Origin: Anaerolineae bacterium | Lineage (GTDB): Bacteria; Chloroflexota; Anaerolineae; Aggregatilineales; J027 | DNA: 64,000 nt | Direction of reading: 5' to 3' | NCBI GenBank assembly: GCA_008933735.1 | Contig: WBUL01000005.1 | Location: 183,754 to 247,753, forward strand | Shown: positions 10,601 through 19,689 of the stretch, in pieces | Numbering within the stretch: position 1 is the first letter of the stretch | How the letters are laid out: each line of letters starts with the position of its first letter | Notes under the pieces: generated by a model | Database searches by the model: none | What the model saw: the letters and a program-made list of their open reading frames with translations, nothing else | Told to the model about the DNA's origin: nothing | Translations under genes and position numbers: made by a program

Positions 10601-12604
10601 TCACTGAAGAGAGGTAGAACTCGTCGCCAAATTAAGAGCTTCCTGCTCTGCCCTGTATTCCTCGGTTTCGTGCCACTTGATGCGGTAGGGATACTTCTTC
10701 TCACCCTTGTAGTACGGTGTGAATCTTCGATCCGGGGAGAAGTGATTCAAATAGCGGCAGGTGATGGTGTGCCAGTTCCAATGCGGAAATGCCTTCAGGA
10801 TTTCCCACTGCGGACGAGCAGCATCCACCATCTCACGCAGCCGCTGCAATTCCGCCTGCGTCCAGTGCTGGCGGAAATCACCCCAGCGGAAGATGACCGA
10901 TGAAGTAGAACCGTCACGCCAGAAAATAGTCAGTTCGCGTCGCACTTCATCCAGCAGTTTCACTTTAGCATAGGCTGCCAGCGCCTCGAACAATTCTCGG
11001 CGGTTCGCTGCGGGGACATCCTGCCAACGAGCGATGATTTTGTTCAGCACCGGACGGGCATCTTCCAGCACCTCGCGCTGGCGCTTGCCCTGCCTCAATT
11101 CAAGCTGGACCGCGCGAAGCCGTTCAATCTCACGCTCATTGGCGGCATAGCTGGCTTCCAGGTTACGCACCATCTCCGGGTGCTGCAAGGTCTTGAGGTT
11201 TTCAAGGATGGCGGTCTTGGCACGTTCCGCACCCCGAATTTCGTTTTCAATCCGGCGCAGTTCGCTGTGACCATCTTCACGAGTGCTGGCTAAGGCTGCC
11301 TGCCATGCGGTTTCATCAATTGTCGTCGCCTTCAGCCGTTCCAGCAGCAGGGTATCAATGCTCAAATCCATCCGGCTGGCTTTTACGCTGAAAACAACGA
11401 CCCCGCGCCGATTCCGCAGCGCATACTGATACACTTGGTTATGGCTGTTCCATTGGGTGTGCAGCCGTCGGTGCAGATAATCTGGGGCATCAGAGAACAC
11501 GACTCCACCATAAATAGGGGGTGCTTCCGTTCGATCTTTGGCATCGTGACGGTTATAGGTGCGGTAGGGCTGATACGCCGGGTTGGGGTCGCCATAAAAG
11601 TCCAGCGGGGACAGCGCATTGAAGGCAAACATAAACAGGTCCTCATCCACGATGGGTTCATGGTTGTAGAAGCGGGTAATTGCGCCCTGATGCACCCAAT
11701 GCCCCATGTAAACCACATTCGTTAGCAGTTTGTCGATCCCGGAGAGTGACGGCACAATCCGCCCGGTAAACATCGAACGATAGTCCATCCGCATGTCCGT
11801 GCGGAAACCTTCTGGTGTGAGGTGTGCGACTTCCTCCGGTTCAGGCAGAAAGGGTCCGTGCTGCTCGACGTATTCCCACGTTTTCTGCATGTTGCGGTTG
11901 AAGCGTTTGAACAACTCAAAGTAGACCCGGATCGCATCCGCACACGGCGCAAAAGGCACATAGCGGCGGTGGTTCGGATTGGGGCTACCGTTGGGCAGTT
12001 TTGGACGCATGTCCACCATATACCCGGTGATGATGGCGCGTCCGGCCCATAATCCTTGCTCGTGCAGATAGGCGCGGCTCTTATGCAGTCGTCCTTTGAT
12101 GTGATACTCAAGGAAGTCCGCCGCGTGCTGCGCTTCCTCGCGGAAAATCTTCATGTGGTAAGCACCCATCATCGGGTGATTGAAATCATACACCATGCGT
12201 GGAGTCATCACCCGCACGTTGTTGCGTTTACAGGCATCAATGAACAGGTTGGTCTGGATTTGGGTCACGTCGCGGAAGAAACGGTCTACTTCCTGCGCCG
12301 CGACCAGGCTGATTTGTCCGCTCTCGATGAGTGCCATCAGCCGCGCCATGCCTTTGCGGTCTGCCAGTTTGGTGGTTCCACTGACCCCCGCATCCATGTC
12401 AATCATCTCGATGCTGTCCCGCGCCCAGCCCTGTCGGACGAGGTGTTCAAACATATCGACGGTTTGCAGCGTCGTGTTGATGTTGCCAATCTGAGCATCG
12501 GTGGACTGGCGGTAGTAAATGGCGCAGGGACGATCCACCGGCAGCGGTTCAAACCGATACGGATCAACGAGGGTCTGTTCGGGGCGCTTGTATTTGGTTG
12601 CCAA
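10601..12604 (-). CDS. Large serine recombinase (integrase)
   Basis: 667 aa with a TTG start after AAGGAG. The N-terminal resolvase domain carries CAIYYRQSTDAQ (nucleophilic Ser), DAGVSG and EVDRFFRD. A long recombinase domain and a C-terminal coiled-coil (ENEIRGAERAKTAILENLKTL...EREIERLRAVQLEL) follow, as in phage-type large serine integrases. Confidence 0.9.
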   Translation of the reverse strand: MATKYKRPEQTLVDPYRFEPLPVDRPCAIYYRQSTDAQIGNINTTLQTVDMFEHLVRQGWARDSIEMIDMDAGVSGTTKLADRKGMARLMALIESGQISLVAAQEVDRFFRDVTQIQTNLFIDACKRNNVRVMTPRMVYDFNHPMMGAYHMKIFREEAQHAADFLEYHIKGRLHKSRAYLHEQGLWAGRAIITGYMVDMRPKLPNGSPNPNHRRYVPFAPCADAIRVYFELFKRFNRNMQKTWEYVEQHGPFLPEPEEVAHLTPEGFRTDMRMDYRSMFTGRIVPSLSGIDKLLTNVVYMGHWVHQGAITRFYNHEPIVDEDLFMFAFNALSPLDFYGDPNPAYQPYRTYNRHDAKDRTEAPPIYGGVVFSDAPDYLHRRLHTQWNSHNQVYQYALRNRRGVVVFSVKASRMDLSIDTLLLERLKATTIDETAWQAALASTREDGHSELRRIENEIRGAERAKTAILENLKTLQHPEMVRNLEASYAANEREIERLRAVQLELRQGKRQREVLEDARPVLNKIIARWQDVPAANRRELFEALAAYAKVKLLDEVRRELTIFWRDGSTSSVIFRWGDFRQHWTQAELQRLREMVDAARPQWEILKAFPHWNWHTITCRYLNHFSPDRRFTPYYKGEKKYPYRIKWHETEEYRAEQEALNLATSSTSLQ

Positions 12605-12686
12605 TGCTTATCTCCTTTCCAAACAAAACGCCCTGCTCCCGCGAAAGTGATACGGCAAGAGCAAGGCGCATATTGTACAATGCTTC

Positions 12687-12902
12687 CTAGCCCTGCGACG
12701 TGGTGACATCACTCGCGGGGTCAGCCAGATCGGAGTGTTTCCGCACTTCGGTCTGGCGCAACAACGAATTGCTCTCAGTGTACTCATTTTCGTCCAGCCG
12801 CGCAACAATCCTGAGCAGTGAGCGATAAACGCTTTCCAGATTCATGCCCTGCTGGTTATTCAGTTGTGGAGTTGCTTCATGTGCTGTGGGTTCAGCCTTC
12901 AA
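12687..12902 (-). CDS. Small acidic hypothetical protein (position compatible with a recombination directionality factor)
   Basis: 71 aa ORF overlapping the upstream RHH gene by 11 nt and lying immediately upstream of the integrase. No recognisable motif. Confidence 0.3.
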   Translation of the reverse strand: MKAEPTAHEATPQLNNQQGMNLESVYRSLLRIVARLDENEYTESNSLLRQTEVRKHSDLADPASDVTTSQG

Positions 12903-13101
12903 CCCGGTCTCCTTGTTGAGCCTTGCGGTGATACGCCACCGCTTCCAATATGAAATGCCGCGCCATGTAGGAGTCGGGCAGTCTGAGCTGCTTTGCCAGT
13001 GCCTCGATCTCGGCGCGTTCCCGGTCCGTCAGCCGGATCGCAAAGATTCTTTTGCGTGTCACCTGTCGCACGGGTAGGGTAGGGATGTTGGGTTTCTCCA
13101 T
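12892..13101 (-). CDS. Ribbon-helix-helix protein (MobC/CopG-like)
   Basis: 69 aa. RIFAIRLTDRERAEIEALAKQLRLPDSYMARHFILEAV fits a beta-strand followed by two helices, as in RHH/MobC-type proteins. An ACGGAG SD lies 7 nt upstream of the ATG. Confidence 0.6.
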   Translation of the reverse strand: MEKPNIPTLPVRQVTRKRIFAIRLTDRERAEIEALAKQLRLPDSYMARHFILEAVAYHRKAQQGDRVEG

Positions 13102-13313
13102 TGTTGTGCTCCGTCGTTTTACTCATGGTTCCAGCGTAGCACACTGGCCCTGCGCGAACCCCGCATTTTTCCAGTTTCGGGTTAGCAATCTTGCGAAGGT
13201 GTCTGAAATATTTCAGCTTTCCCGCAAGGAAACAAAAGGCTGACTGCTCAGTGTGTGGTACACCCACGTTTTACCGATGCAGTCAGCTTATCAAAGTCAG
13301 GTCACGCGACCCG

Positions 13314-13368
13314 TGTAAAATTGGCAAATCTGACCGTCAATTTTGGCAAATCGCCCGTTAATTTTACA
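13314..13368. promoter_or_regulatory. Operator-like repeat unit: 9 bp inverted repeat enclosing two TTGGCAAATC direct repeats
   Basis: TGTAAAATT (13314-13322) and AATTTTACA (13360-13368) are perfect reverse complements. TTGGCAAATC occurs at 13321-13330 and 13343-13352, 22 bp apart. Confidence 0.45.
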
Positions 13369-13390
13369 TCTCGTCAGTTGGGGTAGAAAA

Positions 13391-14974
13391 TCAGAACAGT
13401 GGCACCTGCCGGGGAATGGATGGCAAGAATTCTTGCTGCCAGTCAAACAGTTCTCCTACGGGGAGATTGCCCAATTCTTTCGGTTCGAGTTTGTACAATC
13501 CACCGCCGTAGACACGTCCTTCATCGACCAGCTTCTCAACTGCGATGTTTTGCAGCGAATACCAGATAGTGTGCTTCAGTTCGGGTCTATCGGCAAGCGC
13601 CTGGGCAAGCATCTGATTCGGATAGATATTCAGATAGACGTTTGGTGCAACTGCCCGCGAATGATTGAGGATAAATCGAAACGGATTAGCTGCGCGATCA
13701 TTGGACGGTCTGCCCATGTAGGTACACAGAAATGGCGACGGTGTGCGTTTATCCTGAGCATACCAGACGGTGCGATGCCGACACAAATAACCATCCTTAA
13801 TCCCTTGCGCTGCTCCAAGCTGAAAATAATGCCAGAGCGCCGGATAGTTCTCAGCAACTTCATCTTCTGGCAAATCACAGTTTAGCAGCCACAACGGGCG
13901 CTTGAGCAACGGACTGCCGTTTGGGTCTGCCAGCACCTCATCGCTTTCAAGGTAGCGTGGACTGGGGAGGATGGGCGTTAAAAATGCGGAGGGTAGTTCA
14001 TACTGACGTATCCGCTGTGTGTCAACGATGAAGAAGTCATTCGCGCCAGTGGCGATACCACGCTTGATCTCGAACAGATCGCGGAAGCGGGGTTCTATAC
14101 TTCTCGCAGTACGCACGGGGCGTTTGGGAAAGCGTGTCCACTTCCGTTCTTGCCGCAGTGTTTCGAGCGAAACATGCTGGTGCAGGCGCGGCGTGTCGAT
14201 GCTCCCGCCGAGTGAAAAACGAACTTCATGATTTGGACGTGGTTTCCGCTTGCGAAACCAGACGATTACAGAAGATACCAGCGCATCATCGAACTGCACT
14301 TCTTCGGGGTCAAACCGATGAATTTCCAGCAGCGTGACTTGAGCGGTGAGATACTGGCGAACCGCGCTGCCGTAATTCACATCCATGAACTCACTTGGGA
14401 TGAGCCATCCGGCGATACCATCCTCCTGAAGCCAGGCATGAGCAATCCCAATAAAATACACGTACAGTCCAGCTAATCCGCTCAACCGCATGTGAATAAT
14501 CTGGGCTGTTTGCGCTTGCAGGCGCTTTTTAGCTTCCGCGAGTAAGTGATGGTGGCGCACATAGGGAGGATTGCAGATGACCAGATTGTACTTGTCGTCA
14601 TCCTGCTCCGGCGGAGGAGCCTGTGTGAAATCACCGATCACAATTTCGGTGCGGCGATCACGCCATAACAGACGTGCTGCTTCCCCATAATGCGGATCAA
14701 TCTCATAGCCTCTTGCCGCCGCAATTTGGTCATTTGGGAACACCCGCAGCAGGGCAGAGTAAAATGCCCCTGTGCCTATCGCTGGATCGAGAAAACGAAT
14801 GGGTTTGCCAATGGGTAAGAACCGCTTTGCCTGCTCAAGCATGGAGGTGGCGAGCAGAGACGGCGTAGCGAACTGTCCAAGCTGATTGCGCTCGATTTTC
14901 GACTTTGCTGAATCAAGTTCAGTTTGCCGTTCCAATCGCTGGGCTTCGAGGAGATGCAGAGCATCCATTGTCAT
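13391..14974 (-). CDS. N6-adenine DNA methyltransferase, gamma class (Eco57I/TaqI-like) with C-terminal target-recognition region
   Basis: QFATPSLLATSML, motif I FLDPAIGTGAFY and motif IV VICNPPYVR, in the gamma-class order. Confidence 0.85.
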   Translation of the reverse strand: MTMDALHLLEAQRLERQTELDSAKSKIERNQLGQFATPSLLATSMLEQAKRFLPIGKPIRFLDPAIGTGAFYSALLRVFPNDQIAAARGYEIDPHYGEAARLLWRDRRTEIVIGDFTQAPPPEQDDDKYNLVICNPPYVRHHHLLAEAKKRLQAQTAQIIHMRLSGLAGLYVYFIGIAHAWLQEDGIAGWLIPSEFMDVNYGSAVRQYLTAQVTLLEIHRFDPEEVQFDDALVSSVIVWFRKRKPRPNHEVRFSLGGSIDTPRLHQHVSLETLRQERKWTRFPKRPVRTARSIEPRFRDLFEIKRGIATGANDFFIVDTQRIRQYELPSAFLTPILPSPRYLESDEVLADPNGSPLLKRPLWLLNCDLPEDEVAENYPALWHYFQLGAAQGIKDGYLCRHRTVWYAQDKRTPSPFLCTYMGRPSNDRAANPFRFILNHSRAVAPNVYLNIYPNQMLAQALADRPELKHTIWYSLQNIAVEKLVDEGRVYGGGLYKLEPKELGNLPVGELFDWQQEFLPSIPRQVPLF

Positions 14975-15921
14975 AATCCAAACTCCGCCAGATCATCCAT
15001 CCGATGCTCCCACACCCAATCAATCCCCTCAGCGGCTTCGTAGCCCAAATAACCGCTGTCGAAGTAGCCACCCAATAACAGGATGAAGCGTACCTGATCC
15101 CCGAAAGCGTTCCGAAGCTGGCGCATTTTGGTCGCTTCTTCTTTGCGTCGTTTGTTGGTATTGGTGAAATCCCCGGCGGATTTGGCTTCCACCAGCAGCG
15201 GTAGATCACCAACCGTTGCTGATCTAGGCATGATGACCGTATCAATCGGGATGTTGACCACAACACTCCCTTCCTGCATGGCCGTGACATTGACGCGATG
15301 GGCAAAAGTTCCCGGCAGCATTTGCCGCAAATTTCGCATTTCGGATTCGGCATAGCCGCGTGTTTCAAGCCAGAGGGTGATCCGCTGAAGCTGGCGTTTC
15401 TCCTGAGCGTTCCGAATCAAGGGATCAGTGAGCATCCCGCACAGTCGATCCGCAACCACCGTTGAGGCGCGTCTGACTTCTTCAAGAGTTGGATCAGTAT
15501 CCCGGTTGAACCAGATGAAAATGTCTTGATCGATCAGATGGCTGATAACTGACGTAATCCGCTCAAGCTGCTCACGAACGACTGTTTCAGGGAGATTGGG
15601 CGAGATGCGCTTGTGGCGCTCCATATTCGCAATCAGGCTCTTGGAAACCTGTGCCAGCCCTACAAGACGGTCACGCGCAATCGGAGGTGAAGTGGACATC
15701 CGCAGCATCTCCAGTGCATCCGGGTGTTGAAACAGGAGATCGCCCGTCAGCCGCCGCAGGTTATCAGTACGCAGCAAAATATCTTCCACGTAGACTGTTG
15801 CACGCGCACGAGTCTCTCGATAGGTGATGGGCGCATATTCCAGAAACCAGCGATTGTAATCATCCACTGAGAGTTGTGTGTCGGCTTTCCATCGCTGCGG
15901 CTTGTCTAAGTTGACTGCCAT
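14971..15921 (-). CDS. Putative type II restriction endonuclease (PD-(D/E)xK)
   Basis: 316 aa. The stop overlaps the methyltransferase start (ATGA). Candidate catalytic core NIPIDTVIM...PLLVEAKSAGDF (D ... E-x-K). Confidence 0.55.
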   Translation of the reverse strand: MAVNLDKPQRWKADTQLSVDDYNRWFLEYAPITYRETRARATVYVEDILLRTDNLRRLTGDLLFQHPDALEMLRMSTSPPIARDRLVGLAQVSKSLIANMERHKRISPNLPETVVREQLERITSVISHLIDQDIFIWFNRDTDPTLEEVRRASTVVADRLCGMLTDPLIRNAQEKRQLQRITLWLETRGYAESEMRNLRQMLPGTFAHRVNVTAMQEGSVVVNIPIDTVIMPRSATVGDLPLLVEAKSAGDFTNTNKRRKEEATKMRQLRNAFGDQVRFILLLGGYFDSGYLGYEAAEGIDWVWEHRMDDLAEFGL

Positions 15922-16001
15922 TCAACCTTCTACATTGTATAGAGACCAGTTTGAGAGAAGTTTATCATACAAATGAGCGGTTGGCTTGGGTAATGGCTCG
16001 C

Positions 16002-16072
16002 AAAAAATATAGGGCTGGCGACTGCTCACCAGCCACAGAAATAAAAACGACTGTCCGTTTCACGCTGGACAG
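16002..16072 (-). terminator. Two tandem rho-independent terminators after the sigma-like gene
   Basis: Minus strand: CTGTCC-agcgtgaaac-GGACAG followed by tcgTTTTTaTTTc (overlaps the stop codon), then GGCTGG-tgagcagtcg-CCAGCC followed by ctataTTTTTT. Confidence 0.55.
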
Positions 16073-16950
16073 CCGTAGACTTTGTTCAGTTCCTTGTGCG
16101 CGTTTCGCCGCAGCATGTGGATGGTGTATTTCGATAACCCCAGCCGCTCAACCAGCGTCTTGCAGCTTTCGTAGGCTCCCATGCTTTGCACCGTCGCTGC
16201 CATACGGAGATTGCCTTCCGCCTCGTAGCGTGCGACCAGGCGTAGCAGCGGTGCTTCTACTCCGGCAAGATGACGATCCCGCCATGTTTCTTGACGCGGC
16301 TTGAACAGTTCCAGCTTCTCACACAACTCCTCGCGCATCGGCTTAACCACGCTCGTCAGCCACCAGCATTTCTTCGTCCCGCTGCGTCCAGCGATGGCTG
16401 CCGCATCGTCCGGTCCGACTTCGGTGGTGATGTAGTACAATGCTGCCAGATGGGGCAAGCTGTCCACGTATTTCTCCGCCATTTCGGTGATGACCTTTTC
16501 GATGTCGATACGGAGATCAATCGCCTCGGCATAAGTCGCGTAACCGATGATGTGGGAATGGTCGTAACCGTCAATGATAAAGTCGTCTGGATCGCCGCTG
16601 CGGGTGGCGATATCCTCCAGATACATCTCCCGACGGTAGAACTTGCGGTAAAGCTGAGGGTTGGTACGGTTCAGCAGCAGCTTGAGCGCTCCACCTTGGT
16701 CCACTGCTGCCAGCATGGAGGTATCGGCACTGATGTCCATCCACAGCCGCATAAAGGCGTGAGCAATCAAGTCCGGGATATCCAACTCGTGATTGCGGTA
16801 GTAGCGCAGCAGACGGTTGAAGCTGGGGATCAAATCATCGTAAATCTGCTCAAAAGTACGTTGACCAGCCCAGCCAGTCGGATAGGTCGCAACACGCGGA
16901 AATGGACGAATCTTGGCTCTGATACTGGAACGAACATCGTTGTCGAACAT
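16060..16950 (-). CDS. ECF-like sigma-70 family protein with C-terminal extension
   Basis: Region-2-like segment FEQIYDDLIPSFNRLLRYYRNHELDIPDLIAHAFMRLW. Region-4-like HTH LPHLAALYYITTEVGPDDAAAIAGRSGTKKCWWLTSVVKPMREEL. A further C-terminal HTH-like segment is CKTLVERLGLSKYTIHMLRRNAHKEL. Strong GAGGAGG SD. Confidence 0.5.
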   Translation of the reverse strand: MFDNDVRSSIRAKIRPFPRVATYPTGWAGQRTFEQIYDDLIPSFNRLLRYYRNHELDIPDLIAHAFMRLWMDISADTSMLAAVDQGGALKLLLNRTNPQLYRKFYRREMYLEDIATRSGDPDDFIIDGYDHSHIIGYATYAEAIDLRIDIEKVITEMAEKYVDSLPHLAALYYITTEVGPDDAAAIAGRSGTKKCWWLTSVVKPMREELCEKLELFKPRQETWRDRHLAGVEAPLLRLVARYEAEGNLRMAATVQSMGAYESCKTLVERLGLSKYTIHMLRRNAHKELNKVYGCPA

Positions 16951-17535
16951 AGGGACTACCCCTCCTCAAATACGCTGGAACGCCAGCACGTTGAGCGCTA
17001 CCGCTCGACCATGCGGGGACAGCGCAGAAGGGGGTGACTGTCCAGCACGAGCGCAGCGAGAGGCAGTGGTTCGGCAGTCCCGCCGGAACGGTGGTACTGG
17101 CGTACCTCTGCTGGTGCTGGAGAGGGGGTTCCCTCGCGCTGTACAATCGTCCGCGCGGCGGTAGTGCGAGGAGAAAGGCTGTCAAACTGTGGCTGGAAAC
17201 TGGCTGACCGTGCTTTGGAGAGATGCACAAAAAAGCGATGTGATGAACACCGCTTCGTTGTTGTCGCTTTCAGGCGATTCACATGCAAACTGAGAGGCAA
17301 CACGCTCTAGACAACTTAAGTCAATGATAAAATCTTTGATTATTGCACTCTGGCTCTAAGTTGGAATTTAACATTGTAAGAATGCTCTGAATCTAATGTC
17401 GATACTTGTCTAGCCTTATATTTGTTATTTCAGCATGAAGCGGAACGACTGATCAACAACTCGACTTCTGATATACCGCAGCATTCTGACTCTGCATTGA
17501 TCGGTACAACATCAAGAGATTTATGGAGGATGTCT

Positions 17536-19545
17536 ATGCACGAAGTGAATCTACTCGTCAATATCACGGTAGCACTGACGGTAGCTTTCTGCGGTGGTCT
17601 GGTCGCACGTCGGCTGGGAATGCCAACCATTGTAGGATATCTCGTTGCCGGGGTGCTGATCGGCCCTTTTACCCCTGGCTTTGTCGGCGACACCGAAGCC
17701 ATCAGCGAGTTAGCCGAAATCGGTGTCATTTTCCTGATGTTCGGTGTCGGCATTCATTTTTCGTTTAGAGATTTGTGGTCGGTTCGAGATATTGCAATTC
17801 CAGGCGCAGTCTTACAAATGGTCCTAGCAACCGGAGCAGGGCTTTTGCTGAGTCAGTTCTGGGGATGGTCAATTGGCTCAGGACTCGTCCTGGGTCTGGC
17901 AATTTCGATTGCCAGTACAGTCGTGCTGCTGCGTGGATTGATGGATCAGGGCCTACTCAATACCACGCATGGGCGTGTTGCTGTTGGTTGGCTAATCTTA
18001 GAGGATATTGCAACTGTGCTTATTTTGGTACTCCTTCCAGCATTATCCCCCGCCTCACAAGAGAATACGGCAAATACAATCCTGCCAGCCATTGTAAAGG
18101 CCGGTCTTTTCATTGGCGTTATGGTCTTTGCAGGGGTACGTGTTGTACCCTGGATTTTGCTGCGTATTGCGAAGATTGAGTCACGCGAGTTGTTCATCCT
18201 GACCGTCCTGGTCATTGCGCTTGGCACCGCGCTGGCTGCCGCTGAGTTTTTCGGTGTTTCCCTTGCCCTTGGCGCTTTTTTAGCCGGCGTTGTTGTCAGT
18301 GAATCAGCACTTGGTCATCAGGCAGGCGCTGAGGTTCTTCCATTTCAACAAATCTTCGCTGTCCTCTTTTTTGTATCCGTCGGAATGCTGGTCAATCCAG
18401 CCTATCTGCTTGCCAATGCTGGTCCGGTTCTTGTGCTTACCGGGTTCATCGTTCTTGGTAAATCCCTCGTTACCGCCCTGTTGGGTTTCATTTTCCCGCA
18501 CCCGGCCCGCACGATATTGGTCGTTGCTGCTGGATTGAGCCAGATTGGAGAGTTCTCATTCATTGTTGGTCGAGCGGGATTAGCGTTAAATCTCCTCAAT
18601 CAAGAACAGTATTCGCTCATCCTGGCTGGCGCTTTGCTGTCTATTATGGTCAATCCCCTAATGTTTCGGGCTGTTCCCCATATCGAAAAGCTGCTACAGC
18701 GTGCGCCGTCCATCTGGAGGCGGCTCAATCACCAGCGGGAGATCAATTTAGCCGTTGCCGAAAAACTCGCTGGACACGTCGTAGTCCTGGGTTACGGGCG
18801 AGTCGGCCAGTACATTGTGAACGTGCTTGGACATCTCAATATCCCCCGTCTTGTCGTTGAGATGGATGCAGCAAAGGTGGCGGAGTTAGAGCGTGCAGAT
18901 GTCCCGGTACTGATGGGCGATGCAGCGAATTCTGAGCTGCTCAATCATGCCGGTTTAGAACACGCGCGAGCGCTGGTCGTGACACTCCCTGAAGAGGCAG
19001 CGGCGGAGATTGTCGTTTCAACAGTCCACAAACTAAGACCAACTCTACCGATTATTGTGCGAGCGTCAACGCAATCCGGTGTCAGTCGCCTGGTTCAACT
19101 GGGCGCTCACGATGTCATTCATCCTGAACTGGAAGGCGGGTTGGAAATCATGCGCCATACCCTCCTCAGATTGAACTTTGCGCCTAATGAAGTTCAATGG
19201 TATGCCGATGCTGTCCGCCGGGATCAGTATGACTCTTCCATTTCAACAGTTGAAGAGCATCGGGTGCTGGATCAAATGATAACGGCTGCTAAGGGAATGG
19301 AAATTGCGTGGCTGCCGATTCCCGAAGAAAGCCCTATCGTTGGGAAGACGATTGCCGAAGCGAATTTGCGCGCGCTCACCGGCGCTTCCATTGTGGCTAT
19401 GCTTCGGGAAGGGCATCTGATAGCGAATCCCAAATCGGCTACTCAGTTTCATGGAGGCGACATTGTAGGCGTGATTGGCGAAAGCATTCAGGTACAGCAG
19501 GCGAGAGGAGTGATTTTGTCAGGAGAGCTGGAGGACATTTTGTAA
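17536..19545 (+). CDS. Cation:proton antiporter, CPA2/KefB-KefC type with TrkA-N and TrkA-C (RCK) domains
   Basis: About 12 TM helices, then the Rossmann motif HVVVLGYGRVGQ and a C-terminal RCK_C-like segment. The ORF opens at 17422, but ATG 17536 has a GGAGG 6 nt upstream. Confidence 0.85.
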   Translation: MHEVNLLVNITVALTVAFCGGLVARRLGMPTIVGYLVAGVLIGPFTPGFVGDTEAISELAEIGVIFLMFGVGIHFSFRDLWSVRDIAIPGAVLQMVLATGAGLLLSQFWGWSIGSGLVLGLAISIASTVVLLRGLMDQGLLNTTHGRVAVGWLILEDIATVLILVLLPALSPASQENTANTILPAIVKAGLFIGVMVFAGVRVVPWILLRIAKIESRELFILTVLVIALGTALAAAEFFGVSLALGAFLAGVVVSESALGHQAGAEVLPFQQIFAVLFFVSVGMLVNPAYLLANAGPVLVLTGFIVLGKSLVTALLGFIFPHPARTILVVAAGLSQIGEFSFIVGRAGLALNLLNQEQYSLILAGALLSIMVNPLMFRAVPHIEKLLQRAPSIWRRLNHQREINLAVAEKLAGHVVVLGYGRVGQYIVNVLGHLNIPRLVVEMDAAKVAELERADVPVLMGDAANSELLNHAGLEHARALVVTLPEEAAAEIVVSTVHKLRPTLPIIVRASTQSGVSRLVQLGAHDVIHPELEGGLEIMRHTLLRLNFAPNEVQWYADAVRRDQYDSSISTVEEHRVLDQMITAAKGMEIAWLPIPEESPIVGKTIAEANLRALTGASIVAMLREGHLIANPKSATQFHGGDIVGVIGESIQVQQARGVILSGELEDIL

Positions 19546-19689
19546 ACTGAATAGGGATGTAATCTTTCAGATCGTGTGTCTAAAATGTGAGAACTATATG
19601 AATTGTCTCGATAAGCGATGCCTCAAGCTGCTGGCATAAAATCGCCATTTTTGAGCGAGCTGTCGTTTAAGATTACGGAGATTGAAATT

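Noticed and set aside
12687-13101. The RHH gene plus the overlapping 71 aa ORF, considered as a toxin-antitoxin pair.
   Set aside because: The downstream product is acidic and low-complexity, with no resemblance to RelE/ParE/other small toxins. The RHH protein looks more MobC/CopG-like. A regulator and RDF pair next to the integrase is more plausible.
16998-17303. A 101 aa minus-strand ORF in the sigma leader region, considered as a real gene.
   Set aside because: The translation is S/R/P/A-rich with no RBS and no motif. I treated the region as non-coding leader.
17378-17412. Partial similarity (about 12 of 15 nt, AATCTA.T.TCGA.A) between 17390-17405 and 25629-25643, considered as cargo-flanking repeats.
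   Set aside because: By my rough estimate this level of similarity is near chance for windows of this size. It also needs a gap to extend.
17307-17413. 8 bp inverted repeat CTAGACAA/TTGTCTAG bracketing the AT-rich 90 bp upstream of the Kef-like gene.
   Set aside because: It is short enough to occur by chance (roughly 10 percent for this span), and there are no supporting features such as target-site duplications.
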